A stretch of 32,000 nucleotides of DNA from Candidatus Methylomirabilis oxygeniifera (GTDB lineage Bacteria > Methylomirabilota > Methylomirabilia > Methylomirabilales > Methylomirabilaceae): positions 1,080,001 through 1,112,000 of the forward strand of contig FP565575.1 in assembly GCA_000091165.1 (NCBI GenBank). The letters are read 5' to 3'. Below are positions 9,404 to 18,145 of this stretch, in pieces (the stretch's first letter is position 1; each line of letters begins with the position of its first letter). The notes beneath the pieces were generated by a model that was given only the letters and a program-made list of their open reading frames with translations, was not told the DNA's origin and searched no databases. The position numbers and the translations under genes are program-made.

Positions 9404-9910
9404 CTAAAACACGCGGAACTTGCTCTTCTTCGCGCCGCAGAGTGGGCACGTGTCAGGCGGCTCGCCTTCCCCGGTCCAGCCACAGGCCGAGCAGACGTAC
9501 ATCGGCCCCAGCGCGATGTCCTGGTTGCCAATCGCGGCCTCTTTGGCTTTGGTGTACAGGCCGGCGTGGACCTTCTCGGCCTGCAAGGCCCAGTCGGCCG
9601 AGCGGCGGGCCGCATTCTCGTCCTGGAGTTCGGCGACGGCGATGTAGGCGGGGTACATCTCGTGCACCTCGAAGGTCTCGCCGCCGAGGGCCGCCTCCAG
9701 GTTGTCCGCCACGTCGCCGATGCCGCCCAAGACCCGCAGGTGGCCGGTGGCGTGGACCTGCTCGGCGAAGGAGATGGCTCGAAACAGCCGGGCGATCTCC
9801 GGCCGACCCTTGCGCTCCGCCTGGTCCGCGAAGGCCAGGTACTTCATATGCGCCTGGCTTTCGCCGGCGAACGCCGCTTTCAGGTTCTCTTCGGTCATCT
9901 TGTGCATCAT
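9404..9910 (-). CDS. rbr: Rubrerythrin
   Basis: N-terminal ferritin-like diiron domain (TEENLKAAFAGESQAHMKYLAFA ... EVHEMYP) and a C-terminal rubredoxin-like CxxC...CPLCG motif (CSACGW...CPLCGAKKSKF). Confidence 0.85.
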   Translation of the reverse strand: MMHKMTEENLKAAFAGESQAHMKYLAFADQAERKGRPEIARLFRAISFAEQVHATGHLRVLGGIGDVADNLEAALGGETFEVHEMYPAYIAVAELQDENAARRSADWALQAEKVHAGLYTKAKEAAIGNQDIALGPMYVCSACGWTGEGEPPDTCPLCGAKKSKFRVF

Positions 9911-10051
9911 GTCCTCCTGTGGATTGGTGTCTTGGTACGTTCAGTGCCTTCGCTAAATAGTGTAGAGTGGGCCGACTCCAACGACGTTCGTTTGGCGGCT
10001 GCGCGCACAGCCGTTGGCCCACGGTCAAAGTGTGGAGGACTGGCCCCCGCT

Positions 10052-10360
10052 TCACGGCCGGCAGTCGGCACGGCCGGTCTCCTCAGGTGAGACGGGGGTG
10101 ATACGTCGACAAAACACGCCAATCAACGCCTCCATGCACGACTGGCACAGATCGCATTCCACCTGCGTCCCATCCCCGAAGACCGAACCATACCCACCCG
10201 TAAAGCGTATCATCTGTTTTTCTTCCCACTCGATGAAGCTGTCGGGTGTGATACTCTTGCCGCATCTATCACAGATACACGCCAGTGGAATGGGTTCTTC
10301 GACCGTCTGTGTTCCAAATGTCAACATTCTTGTATTTTCATAATGATGATGGCACCTCAC
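10052..10360 (-). CDS. Small Cys-rich (zinc-ribbon-like) hypothetical protein
   Basis: CxC-DRCG ... CDLCQSC pattern. Lies 70 nt downstream of the DUF4258-like ORF on the same strand. The start is uncertain (alternative MLTFG at 10327). Confidence 0.4.
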   Translation of the reverse strand: MRCHHHYENTRMLTFGTQTVEEPIPLACICDRCGKSITPDSFIEWEEKQMIRFTGGYGSVFGDGTQVECDLCQSCMEALIGVFCRRITPVSPEETGRADCRP

Positions 10361-10430
10361 TTACACATTATTGCGCGCCGAAGGCGTCACGTGAAGAATG
10401 TCTTCTTTTTCAAAGTAGGTCGGGTGCGGC

Positions 10431-10697
10431 TTACGCATAGTGGAACCTCCCGGACTTGAGCCGACAATTTCCCTGCTGCCTTGTGGTCGCGTGTATGGTC
10501 ACCGGTACGATGTCACCGCCCGTCATGTCGTAAGGAATCGTAACGAGCAATCCCCCATGCTTACCGATGGCGATCATCCGACCGGTAACGGCGTCGCAAT
10601 ATCGTTCTTCGCCGAAACGAAGGATCCGCTCGATCTTCGCCAAATCGAGGCCCCTGAGCTCCGCCCTGTACTTGAGATAGGCGATCCAGATGATCAT
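10431..10697 (-). CDS. Small protein resembling DUF4258-type toxin-like proteins
   Basis: 88 aa. The pattern RAELRGLDLAKIERILRFGE...GRMIAIGKHGGLLVTIPY...IVPVTIH matches my recollection of the DUF4258 layout. No search was possible. Confidence 0.4.
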   Translation of the reverse strand: MIIWIAYLKYRAELRGLDLAKIERILRFGEERYCDAVTGRMIAIGKHGGLLVTIPYDMTGGDIVPVTIHATTRQQGNCRLKSGRFHYA

Positions 10698-10833
10698 TCA
10701 TCTATTCCCTAGCCCGAACCGTTTGAGGTGACCGGCCGCCGGAGCGCGAAGCGCGGGGGGAACCCGCGAGCATAGCTTGCGGGCGGTCCGTTTGACTGAA
10801 AGGTTAGGTGTTACGCGGGTACGGTCCAGACAC

Positions 10834-12115
10834 ATAGGTAACACTTTAGTCCAGGGACATAGGTGACAGGTTGTGCCACACTCACGGGCACCGAAGGAGG
10901 TGCCCTATGCCGTGGAAGGAAACGTCACCAATGGACCAACGAACACAATTCATTGCCGATTACCTGCGTGAGGTGCTCTCGGTTACGGAGCTGTGCCGGC
11001 TCTATGGGGTCTCACGCAAAACGGCCTACAAATGGATCGACCGTTACCTACACCTCGGACCTGCGGGGCTCGACGCCCGGTCGCGACGGCCCCGGCATTC
11101 GCCCAATGAGACCGCACCCGAGATCGTCGCGGCATTCCTGGAAGCACGTCGACGGTATCCGTCCTGGGGCGGGAAGAAGCTCCTCACGATCGTACACAAG
11201 CGCCACCCCCGGTGGGAGCTCCCCGGCCGCTCCACCGTCTGCGATATCTTGAGTCGCCACGGCATGGTGCCCGCGTCACGGCAGCGTCGGCGTATCGGCC
11301 ACCCCGGCAAGCCCAGCGGCCTGATCCTGGCCCCCAATGACGTGTGGAGCGCCGACTTCAAAGGGCAGTTCAAAACCGGCGATGGGGTGTACTGTTATCC
11401 CCTGACCGTCACCGATGGCTTCAGCCGGTATCTGCTGGGTTGCCAGGCGCTGTATTCCACGGCCGTAGCCGGGGCCACACCCGTGTTCAGACGGCTCTTC
11501 CAGGAATACGGCCTGCCTGCACGGATCCGCACCGATAACGGCGTGCCCTTTGCCACGAACACGCTCGCCCGGCTCTCGGCGCTCTCGGCCTGGTGGGTCC
11601 GCCTGGGCGTGCTGTCGGAACTCATTGAGCCTGGTAAACCGCAGCAGAACGGTCGTCATGAACGCATGCACAAGACCCTGAAGGCCGAGGCGACCCGACC
11701 GGCAGCGGGCAGTCTGGCTGCCCAACAGCGCCGGTTCAACCGCTTCCGTACCGAATACAACGACGAGCGCCCGCACGAGGCCCTGGATCAGCAAACCCCG
11801 GCTTCCGTCTATGTGCCCTCTCGACAGACAATGCCTGCGACACTCCCGCCCCTGGAATATCCTGATCGCTTCGAGGTCCGATACGTCAGCGCCAATGGCG
11901 GCATCCGCTGGAACTCGGACTGGGTCAATGTCTCCACCGTCTGCGCCGGGGAGTATGTGGGCTTAGAAGAAATCGACGACGGGATCTGGACCGTCTACTT
12001 CGGCCCGCTCACACTCGGCCGGCTCCATGAACGACACATGCGCATCGAGGACGAATATGGTAGATTCACACGCCACACGGTGTAACCCATGTCCCCCGAC
12101 TATTTTGTTACCTAT
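10834..12115 (+). mobile_element. IS481-family insertion sequence (~1.28 kb) with ~38-bp imperfect terminal inverted repeats
   Basis: The left end is ATAGGTAACACTTTAGTCCAGGGACATAGG. The reverse complement of the right end is ATAGGTAACAAAATAGTCGGGGGACATGGG. The element encloses a single DDE transposase gene. No clear target-site duplication was seen. Confidence 0.75.
10907..12085 (+). CDS. IS481-family DDE transposase (HTH + integrase core)
   Basis: ATG at 10907 preceded by GAAGGAGG. N-terminal HTH (LSVTELCRLYGVSRKTAYKWIDRY). rve core with WSADFKG, IRTDNGVPF and KPQQNGRHERMHKTLK. Confidence 0.85.
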   Translation: MPWKETSPMDQRTQFIADYLREVLSVTELCRLYGVSRKTAYKWIDRYLHLGPAGLDARSRRPRHSPNETAPEIVAAFLEARRRYPSWGGKKLLTIVHKRHPRWELPGRSTVCDILSRHGMVPASRQRRRIGHPGKPSGLILAPNDVWSADFKGQFKTGDGVYCYPLTVTDGFSRYLLGCQALYSTAVAGATPVFRRLFQEYGLPARIRTDNGVPFATNTLARLSALSAWWVRLGVLSELIEPGKPQQNGRHERMHKTLKAEATRPAAGSLAAQQRRFNRFRTEYNDERPHEALDQQTPASVYVPSRQTMPATLPPLEYPDRFEVRYVSANGGIRWNSDWVNVSTVCAGEYVGLEEIDDGIWTVYFGPLTLGRLHERHMRIEDEYGRFTRHTV

Positions 12116-12147
12116 CTCCCCGGCCGCTCATCCACCCATACAAACAT

Positions 12148-12861
12148 CTACTGAGGGAGCGAGATAGTTCGCGACAAACCCTTCACTACGGCGCCAAGCT
12201 CTTCAACATGGGTCATGAACTGCATCCAGCTTTGATGGTATCGCTCTGCCGAGAAGCTGCGAGAATCTGGGTGTTCCTTTCGATACGCCTCCGTCCGAAG
12301 AGCAGCTTCCCCGAGGACCTGATTCCAAGAATCCAACACCCTCGAGCCCTTGTCGACAAACGCTCCACTGACGGCATTGGGAATCACCTCAAGACTCTGA
12401 AGTGCGCCGAAATGTGCTCTCAAGCGACTTAGCGACGCCCTGAACCTGCCCTCCGTATCGAGATCTGTATTTGAAATGAGCCAGAGTCTGAGAGGCACAA
12501 GCTGTGCGACGCCGTAAATGTCTGTGTAGGCTTCAATGACGTGGTCGAGATGTCCGACGATGCGCTCGCGCCGGAACCCAGCAAACTCACGGCCACGTTG
12601 CAGCGTGTCGCTGAACGCATTCAACTCACGTTGGATTTCTGCTTTGATGTCTTCAGTCACCTTTGTTTGAGCCTTGATCTGCTCAAGCAGTCCGTTGAAG
12701 TCTTCTTTCGTGGCGAAGTTCTTGCCCTTCGTCTTGAGATATGACGCCAGGAAGGCTCCGGTGCCAGCCGCTACTAGGCAGATCACCGCCACGAGGAATC
12801 CCGCGGCGGTGATACCGTCGTGGATGGCCTGCTGGATCAGGTTTATCAACGCCGGATCCAT
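12148..12861 (-). CDS. Hypothetical membrane-anchored protein (one N-terminal TM helix, coiled-coil-like body)
   Basis: 237-aa ORF with lower GC than neighbours. TM segment [31 protein letters not shown] lies ~35 nt upstream of the ATG on the minus strand. Confidence 0.55.
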   Translation of the reverse strand: MDPALINLIQQAIHDGITAAGFLVAVICLVAAGTGAFLASYLKTKGKNFATKEDFNGLLEQIKAQTKVTEDIKAEIQRELNAFSDTLQRGREFAGFRRERIVGHLDHVIEAYTDIYGVAQLVPLRLWLISNTDLDTEGRFRASLSRLRAHFGALQSLEVIPNAVSGAFVDKGSRVLDSWNQVLGEAALRTEAYRKEHPDSRSFSAERYHQSWMQFMTHVEELGAVVKGLSRTISLPQ

Positions 12862-13013
12862 GTGTGAGCTCCCAGGCGACGCCTAACTACGATTATACTG
12901 GTCTGTATAGCACCCAGCCCATGAATCCTCACAATATGCGGAATTCTCCTGCCATTTCGCAAACTTGTCAACGGAATTTCAACAGGACCTACGGTGGCAA
13001 AGGCCGCCTCAGC

Positions 13014-13041
13014 GGTCGGCATAATCCTATTAGGGCCGACC
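13014..13041. repeat. Hairpin B (GGTCGGC / GCCGACC, loop ATAATCCTATTAGG), homologous to hairpin A
   Basis: Perfect 7-bp inverted repeat immediately downstream (minus sense) of the recombinase-tail stop. It shares the loop and the flanking GGCAAAGGCCG with 6701-6741. Confidence 0.5.
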
Positions 13042-13045
13042 AAAG

Positions 13046-13180
13046 TTACGATCCTGGCAGTACGTCCACGGGGCTGCGAACCCCTCTGCCGCCTCGATTC
13101 AAGACATGCGTATAAATCATGGTCGTACTGACGGCCCGATAGCGGAATAGCTCGTGAATCCGCTGAGGGTTCGCCGCCGC
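13046..13180 (-). pseudogene. Degenerate C-terminal remnant of an integron-integrase-like tyrosine recombinase
   Basis: Translation ends ...[38 protein letters not shown]. Only the last ~45 codons are recognisable. The rest of listed ORF 13046..13303 runs through a palindromic repeat and is not recombinase-like. Confidence 0.6.
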
Positions 13181-13196
13181 CGCTTGCCGCAGGTAC

Positions 13197-13260
13197 GTCA
13201 TACTGGCGGAAGCCGGTATCCAGAAGGCCCGACTGGATTCCGTGTCAAGCACGGAATGAC
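13197..13260. repeat. 64-bp compound palindromic element (GTCAT...ATGAC type) between the dnaE2 stop and the recombinase tail
   Basis: Sub-hairpins are ATTCCGTG-tcaag-CACGGAAT (perfect 8 bp), ATACTGGC-ggaa-GCCGGTAT (1 mismatch) and ATCCAG...CTGGAT. It is absent from the paralogous module at 6764-7011. Confidence 0.6.
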
Positions 13261-13302
13261 GGCCCAGAGCAGAAAAGGAGTGACGAACGTGGGATGGCCA
13301 CA

Positions 13303-16300
13303 TCAGTGAAAGTCGCGGCTGGGGGCGGTGACGAGGTCGGTGTGAAGTTGCGGGTGCCAGAGGCGGTCGGCGACGAGGTGGACGACGCCCTGTTCGGCCT
13401 GGAGGGTTCCGGTGATGCCGAGGAAGGTGGCGGTTTTGGCTAACGTCGCATAGCGCGCGAAGACCGTGGGCCAGAGGACGAGGTTTACGAAGCCGGTCTC
13501 ATCCTCCAAGGTCATGAAGGTGACGCCGCTTGCGGTGCCGGGTCGCTGGCGACAGATGACCAGACCGGCGTAGCGCACGCGCGATCCATGGCGCATCGAG
13601 GCGATTGTGCGGGCATCCTTGAGGCTCTGTGCCTGTAGCGCCTTCCGCAGGGGCGCGAGCGGGTGGCCTCTGGGGCTGTGATCGGTGCGCCGGTAGTCCC
13701 AGGCGATCTCTTCGGCGACGCCGAGCGGTGTCAGGGCAGGGCTGGCCTCTTGGACGACTGTCGGCAGGGGAGTGACTTCCGACTGACATCCCAGCGCCCC
13801 CCATAGCGCCATTCGACGGTCTAACCTATCCTGAGCGGTACCGACGGAGCCAAACCCTTCGAAGGCGCCAGCCTCGGCCAGCACCGTGAGCGCTCCCTTG
13901 TCCAATCCAGTACGACGGCTGAAATCCGCAAGCGACGTGAAGGGCGCAATGTGGCGCGCTTGCTCGATCCGGTTCCAGTCACCCTCACGCAGCCCCTTCA
14001 CGTACCGCAGGCCCATACGGATAGCGAAGCCGGCCGCGCTCTGTGGACAGGGCTCGAGAGTACAGTCCCAGGTGCTTGCCTGCGCATCCACGGGCCGCAC
14101 GAGAAGGCCGTGGCGCTTGGCGTCTTCGACGATGGTGGCTGGCACATAGAAGCCCATCGGCTGAGCGTTCAGCAGCGCGCAGGTGAACTCCGCCGGGTAG
14201 TGGCGCTTCAGCCATGCCGTAGCGTAGGCGATCAGGGCGAAGCTGGCCGCGTGCGATTCCGGGAATCCATACTCGCCGAAGCCCTGGATCTGCGAGAAGA
14301 CGCGCTCGGCGAACTCCGCCGCGATCCCCTTGGTCTGCATCCGCGAGATGAGACGTTCGCGGTGGCGCTCGATCCGCCCAGGACCGCGCCAGGCCGCCAT
14401 GTCGCGCCGGAGCTGATCCGCCTCGCCGGGGGTGTAGTCGGCGGCGATCATCGCCAGCCGCATCACCTGTTCCTGAAACAGCGGCACCCCCAGCGTCTTC
14501 TCCAGCACCGGCTGAAGGGACGGATGAGGGTAGAGGACCGGCTCCTCGCCGCGACGGCGGCGCAAGTAGGGGTGGACCATGCCGCCCGCGATCGGGCCGG
14601 GGCGGACGATGCTTACCTCGATGACCAGGTCATAGAAGGAGCGGGGCCGAAGCCGTGGGAGCATTGCCATCTGGGCCCGGCTTTCGATCTGGAACACCCC
14701 CACAGTGTCGGCCCGCTGGATCATCTCGAAGGTCGACGGATCGTTGGGCGGGATGCCGGCCATGTCCAGATCGAGGCCGCGATGGTGCTTCAGCAGGCGG
14801 AAGCAGAGATCGAGGTGGCTGAGGGCCCCCAGCCCAAGCAGGTCCACCTTGAAGAGGCCCAGCGCCTCCAGGTCGTCCTTGTCCCACTGGATGACCGTGC
14901 GGCCCGGCATGGTGGCGTTCTCGACGGGGACGATGGTCCAGATCGGATCGTGACCCAGCAGGAAGCCGCCGGGGTGGATGGAGAGGTGGCGGGGCGTCTC
15001 TAGAATCTCGCTCGACAGTCGCAGCAGATGCCGGTGCAGCGGCGTCTCGGGGTCAAGTCCGGCCTGACGCAGCGCCTCCGGCTCGATGTCGCCATGGTGA
15101 GAGAGGAGCTTGGCCAGCCGGTCCATAGATGTTTCCGGCAGGCCGAGCGCCTTGCCCACGTCCCGGACCGCCGAACGGGGCCGGTAGCGGATGACGTTGG
15201 CCACCATTGCGGCATGGGAGCGCCCATAGGTATCGTAGACGTGCTGGATCACCTCTTCGCGCCGGTTGTGCTGGATATCCAGGTCGATGTCGGGCGGCTC
15301 GGCGCGCTCCTTGGAGATGAACCGCTCGAACAACAGCCCCATCCGCACCGGGTCGATGGCCGTGATGCCGAGGCAGTAGCAGACCGCCGAGTTGGCCGCC
15401 GATCCCCGCCCCTGACAGAGGATGCCGCGCTGCCGGCAGAACTGGACGATCTCCCACATCGTCAGGAAGTAGCCCGGGTACTCAAGGGCGTCGATGAGCG
15501 CGAGTTCTGTCTCAAGCTGCCGGAGGACGTCCGGCGGAACTTCGCCGTCGTAGCGCCGCCTGGCCCCCTCGAAGGTGAGCTGCCGCAGCCGCTGGGAGGA
15601 AGTAGTGCCGTTCGGAAGGCGTTCAGAAGGGTAGCGGTACCGAAGCTCGGCCAGGGAGAAGGCGCAGCGGCCGGCTACCTCTTCAGTTCGGGCGATGGCT
15701 GCCGGATCGTCGGCGAACAGGGCTGCAAAGTCATGAGGCGATTTGAGGTCGTGCTCGGCGTTGGGCTTGAGTCGCCGCCCGGCGGTCGAGACGGCGACAC
15801 CATGGCGAATTGCGGTGAGGGTATCCTGGAGGGGGCGCCGGATCTGGGTGTGGTAGAGCACCTCCGTGGCCGCGACGAGAGGCAGGCCGTAGCGGGCGGC
15901 GCGCGCCCGCAGCCGCGCCTCTGTTCTGACTTCATCGGCTTGGCGGTGCCGAGCAAGGAACGCGTAGAGTCGATCGCCGAAGACATCGCGGAGCTGACCG
16001 GCCACCTCGTCAGGATCAGCTTCGCCCGTGCGTAAGCTCTGCTCACCGCCCCACAGTGCGATCAGACCGCCGGCGTGTTGGCAGACTTCATTCCATGTGA
16101 CAGACGATTCTCCCTTTGGAGAGCGGAGTCGTCCGGTCGTGATCAACCGGCAGAGGTTGCTGTAGCCGTCCCGATCCTGCGCCAGGAGGACGAGGATCGA
16201 GTGACCTGTCTGCGTGCGACGCACAGGCAGATCGGCCAGCGCGACCTGCGCACCCACGATCAGGTGCAGTCCGAGCTCCCTGGCCTTGACGTGCGCCCGG

Positions 16301-16452
16301 ACGATCCCATAGACGCCATCGCGGTCGGTCAGCGCCAGCGCCTTCAACCCCAGGCGGTGGGCTTCCTCCACCAGTTCGTCGGGGTGGCTCGCGCCTTCCA
16401 GGAACGAGAAGTGACTCTTGCACCAGAGGGGAGTATACGAATGTGAAGCCAT
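13303..16452 (-). CDS. dnaE2: Error-prone DNA polymerase DnaE2 (ImuC)
   Basis: ~1049 aa. PHP domain start [15 protein letters not shown], the pol III alpha core ([28 protein letters not shown]) and an OB-fold tail. It is the last gene of the imuA-imuB-dnaE2 cassette. The start is set at MASHSY (16452), because the 13 upstream codons ([13 protein letters not shown]) are encoded by the palindromic repeat. Confidence 0.9.
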   Translation of the reverse strand: MASHSYTPLWCKSHFSFLEGASHPDELVEEAHRLGLKALALTDRDGVYGIVRAHVKARELGLHLIVGAQVALADLPVRRTQTGHSILVLLAQDRDGYSNLCRLITTGRLRSPKGESSVTWNEVCQHAGGLIALWGGEQSLRTGEADPDEVAGQLRDVFGDRLYAFLARHRQADEVRTEARLRARAARYGLPLVAATEVLYHTQIRRPLQDTLTAIRHGVAVSTAGRRLKPNAEHDLKSPHDFAALFADDPAAIARTEEVAGRCAFSLAELRYRYPSERLPNGTTSSQRLRQLTFEGARRRYDGEVPPDVLRQLETELALIDALEYPGYFLTMWEIVQFCRQRGILCQGRGSAANSAVCYCLGITAIDPVRMGLLFERFISKERAEPPDIDLDIQHNRREEVIQHVYDTYGRSHAAMVANVIRYRPRSAVRDVGKALGLPETSMDRLAKLLSHHGDIEPEALRQAGLDPETPLHRHLLRLSSEILETPRHLSIHPGGFLLGHDPIWTIVPVENATMPGRTVIQWDKDDLEALGLFKVDLLGLGALSHLDLCFRLLKHHRGLDLDMAGIPPNDPSTFEMIQRADTVGVFQIESRAQMAMLPRLRPRSFYDLVIEVSIVRPGPIAGGMVHPYLRRRRGEEPVLYPHPSLQPVLEKTLGVPLFQEQVMRLAMIAADYTPGEADQLRRDMAAWRGPGRIERHRERLISRMQTKGIAAEFAERVFSQIQGFGEYGFPESHAASFALIAYATAWLKRHYPAEFTCALLNAQPMGFYVPATIVEDAKRHGLLVRPVDAQASTWDCTLEPCPQSAAGFAIRMGLRYVKGLREGDWNRIEQARHIAPFTSLADFSRRTGLDKGALTVLAEAGAFEGFGSVGTAQDRLDRRMALWGALGCQSEVTPLPTVVQEASPALTPLGVAEEIAWDYRRTDHSPRGHPLAPLRKALQAQSLKDARTIASMRHGSRVRYAGLVICRQRPGTASGVTFMTLEDETGFVNLVLWPTVFARYATLAKTATFLGITGTLQAEQGVVHLVADRLWHPQLHTDLVTAPSRDFH

Positions 16453-16470
16453 CAGACCGACAATCCCTTG

Positions 16471-16586
16471 CGTGTCATTGCGAGCGACCATCGGGAGCGT
16501 GGCAATCCAACCGTTCTATTCTTGCGAGCTTTGAGAACTGGGGGCGAAGAACGGTTAGATTGCTTCGCTACGCTCGCAATGACACG
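16471..16586. repeat. 116-bp long imperfect palindrome (CGTGTCATTGCGAGCG ... CGCTCGCAATGACACG) in the imuB-dnaE2 intergenic region
   Basis: The outer 16-bp arms are perfectly complementary. The inner arms GCAATCCAACCGTTCT / AGAACGGTTAGATTGC have one mismatch. Translation gives the ...LRYARND... type of peptide seen in ORF 16443..16646. Confidence 0.7.
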
Positions 16587-16627
16587 CAATGTAAATCTAT
16601 ATATAATTACCAAACGGTTATATTGAT

Positions 16628-18145
16628 TTATTCAACCAGTCCATGAAGATACCAATGCGACCTGTTCGGGTCGTAATAGATCCACAGTAGCTCGCCGTGA
16701 CGAGTCTCGGCGAAGTAGTAGTCGCGATGCGTCCCTGCCTGTGCGTGTCCGCACGCAGACAGGTCCCGTCCCCACCACCCGCCGCTGACGATGTACGGCC
16801 CGTGCAGTGTTGAGCCGGGCGGCAAACGTAACGGGACCGGCTTGACAAAGATCCGGCGCACCAGACTCCGCTTTTTAGTGTTGAGTGTTGGGTGTTGAGT
16901 GTCACCCCTGTCTTCTGGTTCATCGCTTGACACTTTACACTTAACACTTACCACTCGATTGAGTGGTTCCCACCTGAAGCTCGCCTCAGGGAGGTGTGCG
17001 TCCGCGAGCCGCACCCGTCCTACCGCCTCGTCACCGAAGGTGGCCCGGATGCGGGCCAGCGCCAGACTGGCAGCTTCCAGATCACGCCGGGGCCGCTCCA
17101 CGATCAGCCGATACTGCTCAGCCGGCGCCAGGACGCTCGACGCCTCAAGCTCTATCTCGATTACGCCGTTCGGCAGTTCTACTGCTTCAAGCCGCAATCG
17201 GATGAGATCGAGCAGTTGTACCGGGTCGAGCGTCGGGGCTGCAGGACGGATCTGTTCTTCGTGCCATCCGCCCCCGTCAAGCTGGAGGCGAAGTGTGAGT
17301 CCGGCGAGCGCTTCGCCTCGGACGGCCAGCGCCTTGAGCAGGGGGTGGAGTAGCCCTTTGAGGCGGAAGAGCAGGCGCATCGCCTCAGTTTCGGGATCGT
17401 CAAGGAGCAGCCGCTGCCGAATCGACTCCTGGGGTTTCAACGGCTGCAGCGGCGTCCAGAGTTCGCCGGACGCCATCCGGTGCAGACGATAGGCGGATTC
17501 ACCGAAGCGTGCGAGCAGCCCGCCTGCCGGAAGGGCGAGGAATGCACCGACGGTTGTCACGCCCAGTTTCGCAAGCGTATCCCGAAGATCCGAATCGATC
17601 TCCAGACACTCGATCCGAACCTGCCGTACGGCGGCGCGTTCATCGACAGGATCGTTCAATACCACGGTCCCGTTCTGCGCTCTAGCTACAGCATAGGTGC
17701 CAAAGCGTGTGAAGCCCATCACCACCGTTGCGCGGAAGCTCATGCGGTTCAGGTCGGACGCGATCAGCCGCACCCATACTTCATACGACGGATAGAGGCG
17801 AGTCAACCCCGTTCCGTTGAGCCAGAAGACGCCGGGCTCCTCAGCGGATGGCTCGATCTCCGGCGTGAAATGTCGGAGCTGCTTCATGATCGCCTCGACC
17901 GCCTCGTTGATCTCGACAGGTGAGACTACGCCGGCCCGAAGATCGACTGCGAGCGAACAGCCGACGGCGTAGCGGAGGCCGGGACGCACACCGGCCTTGT
18001 GCGCCGCTGTATTCATGTAGCAGATGAGACCTTGCGGTCTATCTTCAGCAACGACGGCCACTGGATGGATCGCCCACTCGGGATGACGTCGGAGCAGAAG
18101 CTGCAAGGGGAGGGCAGGGAGGCTAACACAGGCCAGCCGGTCCAT
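16628..18145 (-). CDS. imuB: ImuB (Y-family polymerase-like, SOS mutagenesis accessory protein)
   Basis: Position between imuA and dnaE2. The N-terminus MDRLACVSLPALPLQLLLRRHPEW is typical of ImuB. The C-terminus carries GPYIVSGGWW...RDYYFAE...WYLHGL. The start is set at Met49 of the listed ORF (18145), which overlaps the imuA stop by 23 nt. Confidence 0.85.
   Translation of the reverse strand: MDRLACVSLPALPLQLLLRRHPEWAIHPVAVVAEDRPQGLICYMNTAAHKAGVRPGLRYAVGCSLAVDLRAGVVSPVEINEAVEAIMKQLRHFTPEIEPSAEEPGVFWLNGTGLTRLYPSYEVWVRLIASDLNRMSFRATVVMGFTRFGTYAVARAQNGTVVLNDPVDERAAVRQVRIECLEIDSDLRDTLAKLGVTTVGAFLALPAGGLLARFGESAYRLHRMASGELWTPLQPLKPQESIRQRLLLDDPETEAMRLLFRLKGLLHPLLKALAVRGEALAGLTLRLQLDGGGWHEEQIRPAAPTLDPVQLLDLIRLRLEAVELPNGVIEIELEASSVLAPAEQYRLIVERPRRDLEAASLALARIRATFGDEAVGRVRLADAHLPEASFRWEPLNRVVSVKCKVSSDEPEDRGDTQHPTLNTKKRSLVRRIFVKPVPLRLPPGSTLHGPYIVSGGWWGRDLSACGHAQAGTHRDYYFAETRHGELLWIYYDPNRSHWYLHGLVE
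16877..16955. repeat. GT-rich imperfect palindromic element inside the imuB coding sequence, read through in frame
   Basis: AGTGTTGAGTGTTGGGTGTTGAGTGTCAC ... GACACTTTACACTTAACACTTACCACT. The arms are roughly reverse-complementary. The element encodes VSVKCKVSSDEPEDRGDTQHPTLNTKK in a linker of ImuB. Confidence 0.55.

Noticed and set aside
6701-13303. Chromosomal integron (integron-integrase-like sequences plus hairpins that could be attC sites)
   Set aside because: Only ~45-50-codon C-terminal tails of the recombinase are present, with no intact intI and no attI. The hairpins lie 3' of the recombinase tails and lack recognisable GTTRRRY core sites. The intervening genes are full-size genes with their own signals, not short cassettes.
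13951-16035. Long plus-strand ORFs (13951..15003, 350 aa; 15028..16035, 335 aa) antisense to dnaE2
   Set aside because: They are Arg/Gly/Pro-rich low-complexity translations typical of the antisense strand of GC-rich genes. The minus strand carries an unmistakable DnaE2.
16443-16646. ORF 16443..16646 (+) and the N-terminal extensions of the dnaE2, lexA, imuB, GH44 and NtrC ORFs in the six-frame track
   Set aside because: These segments are encoded by palindromic repeats or Arg-rich leader DNA. Better starts with RBSs and family-typical N-termini lie downstream.
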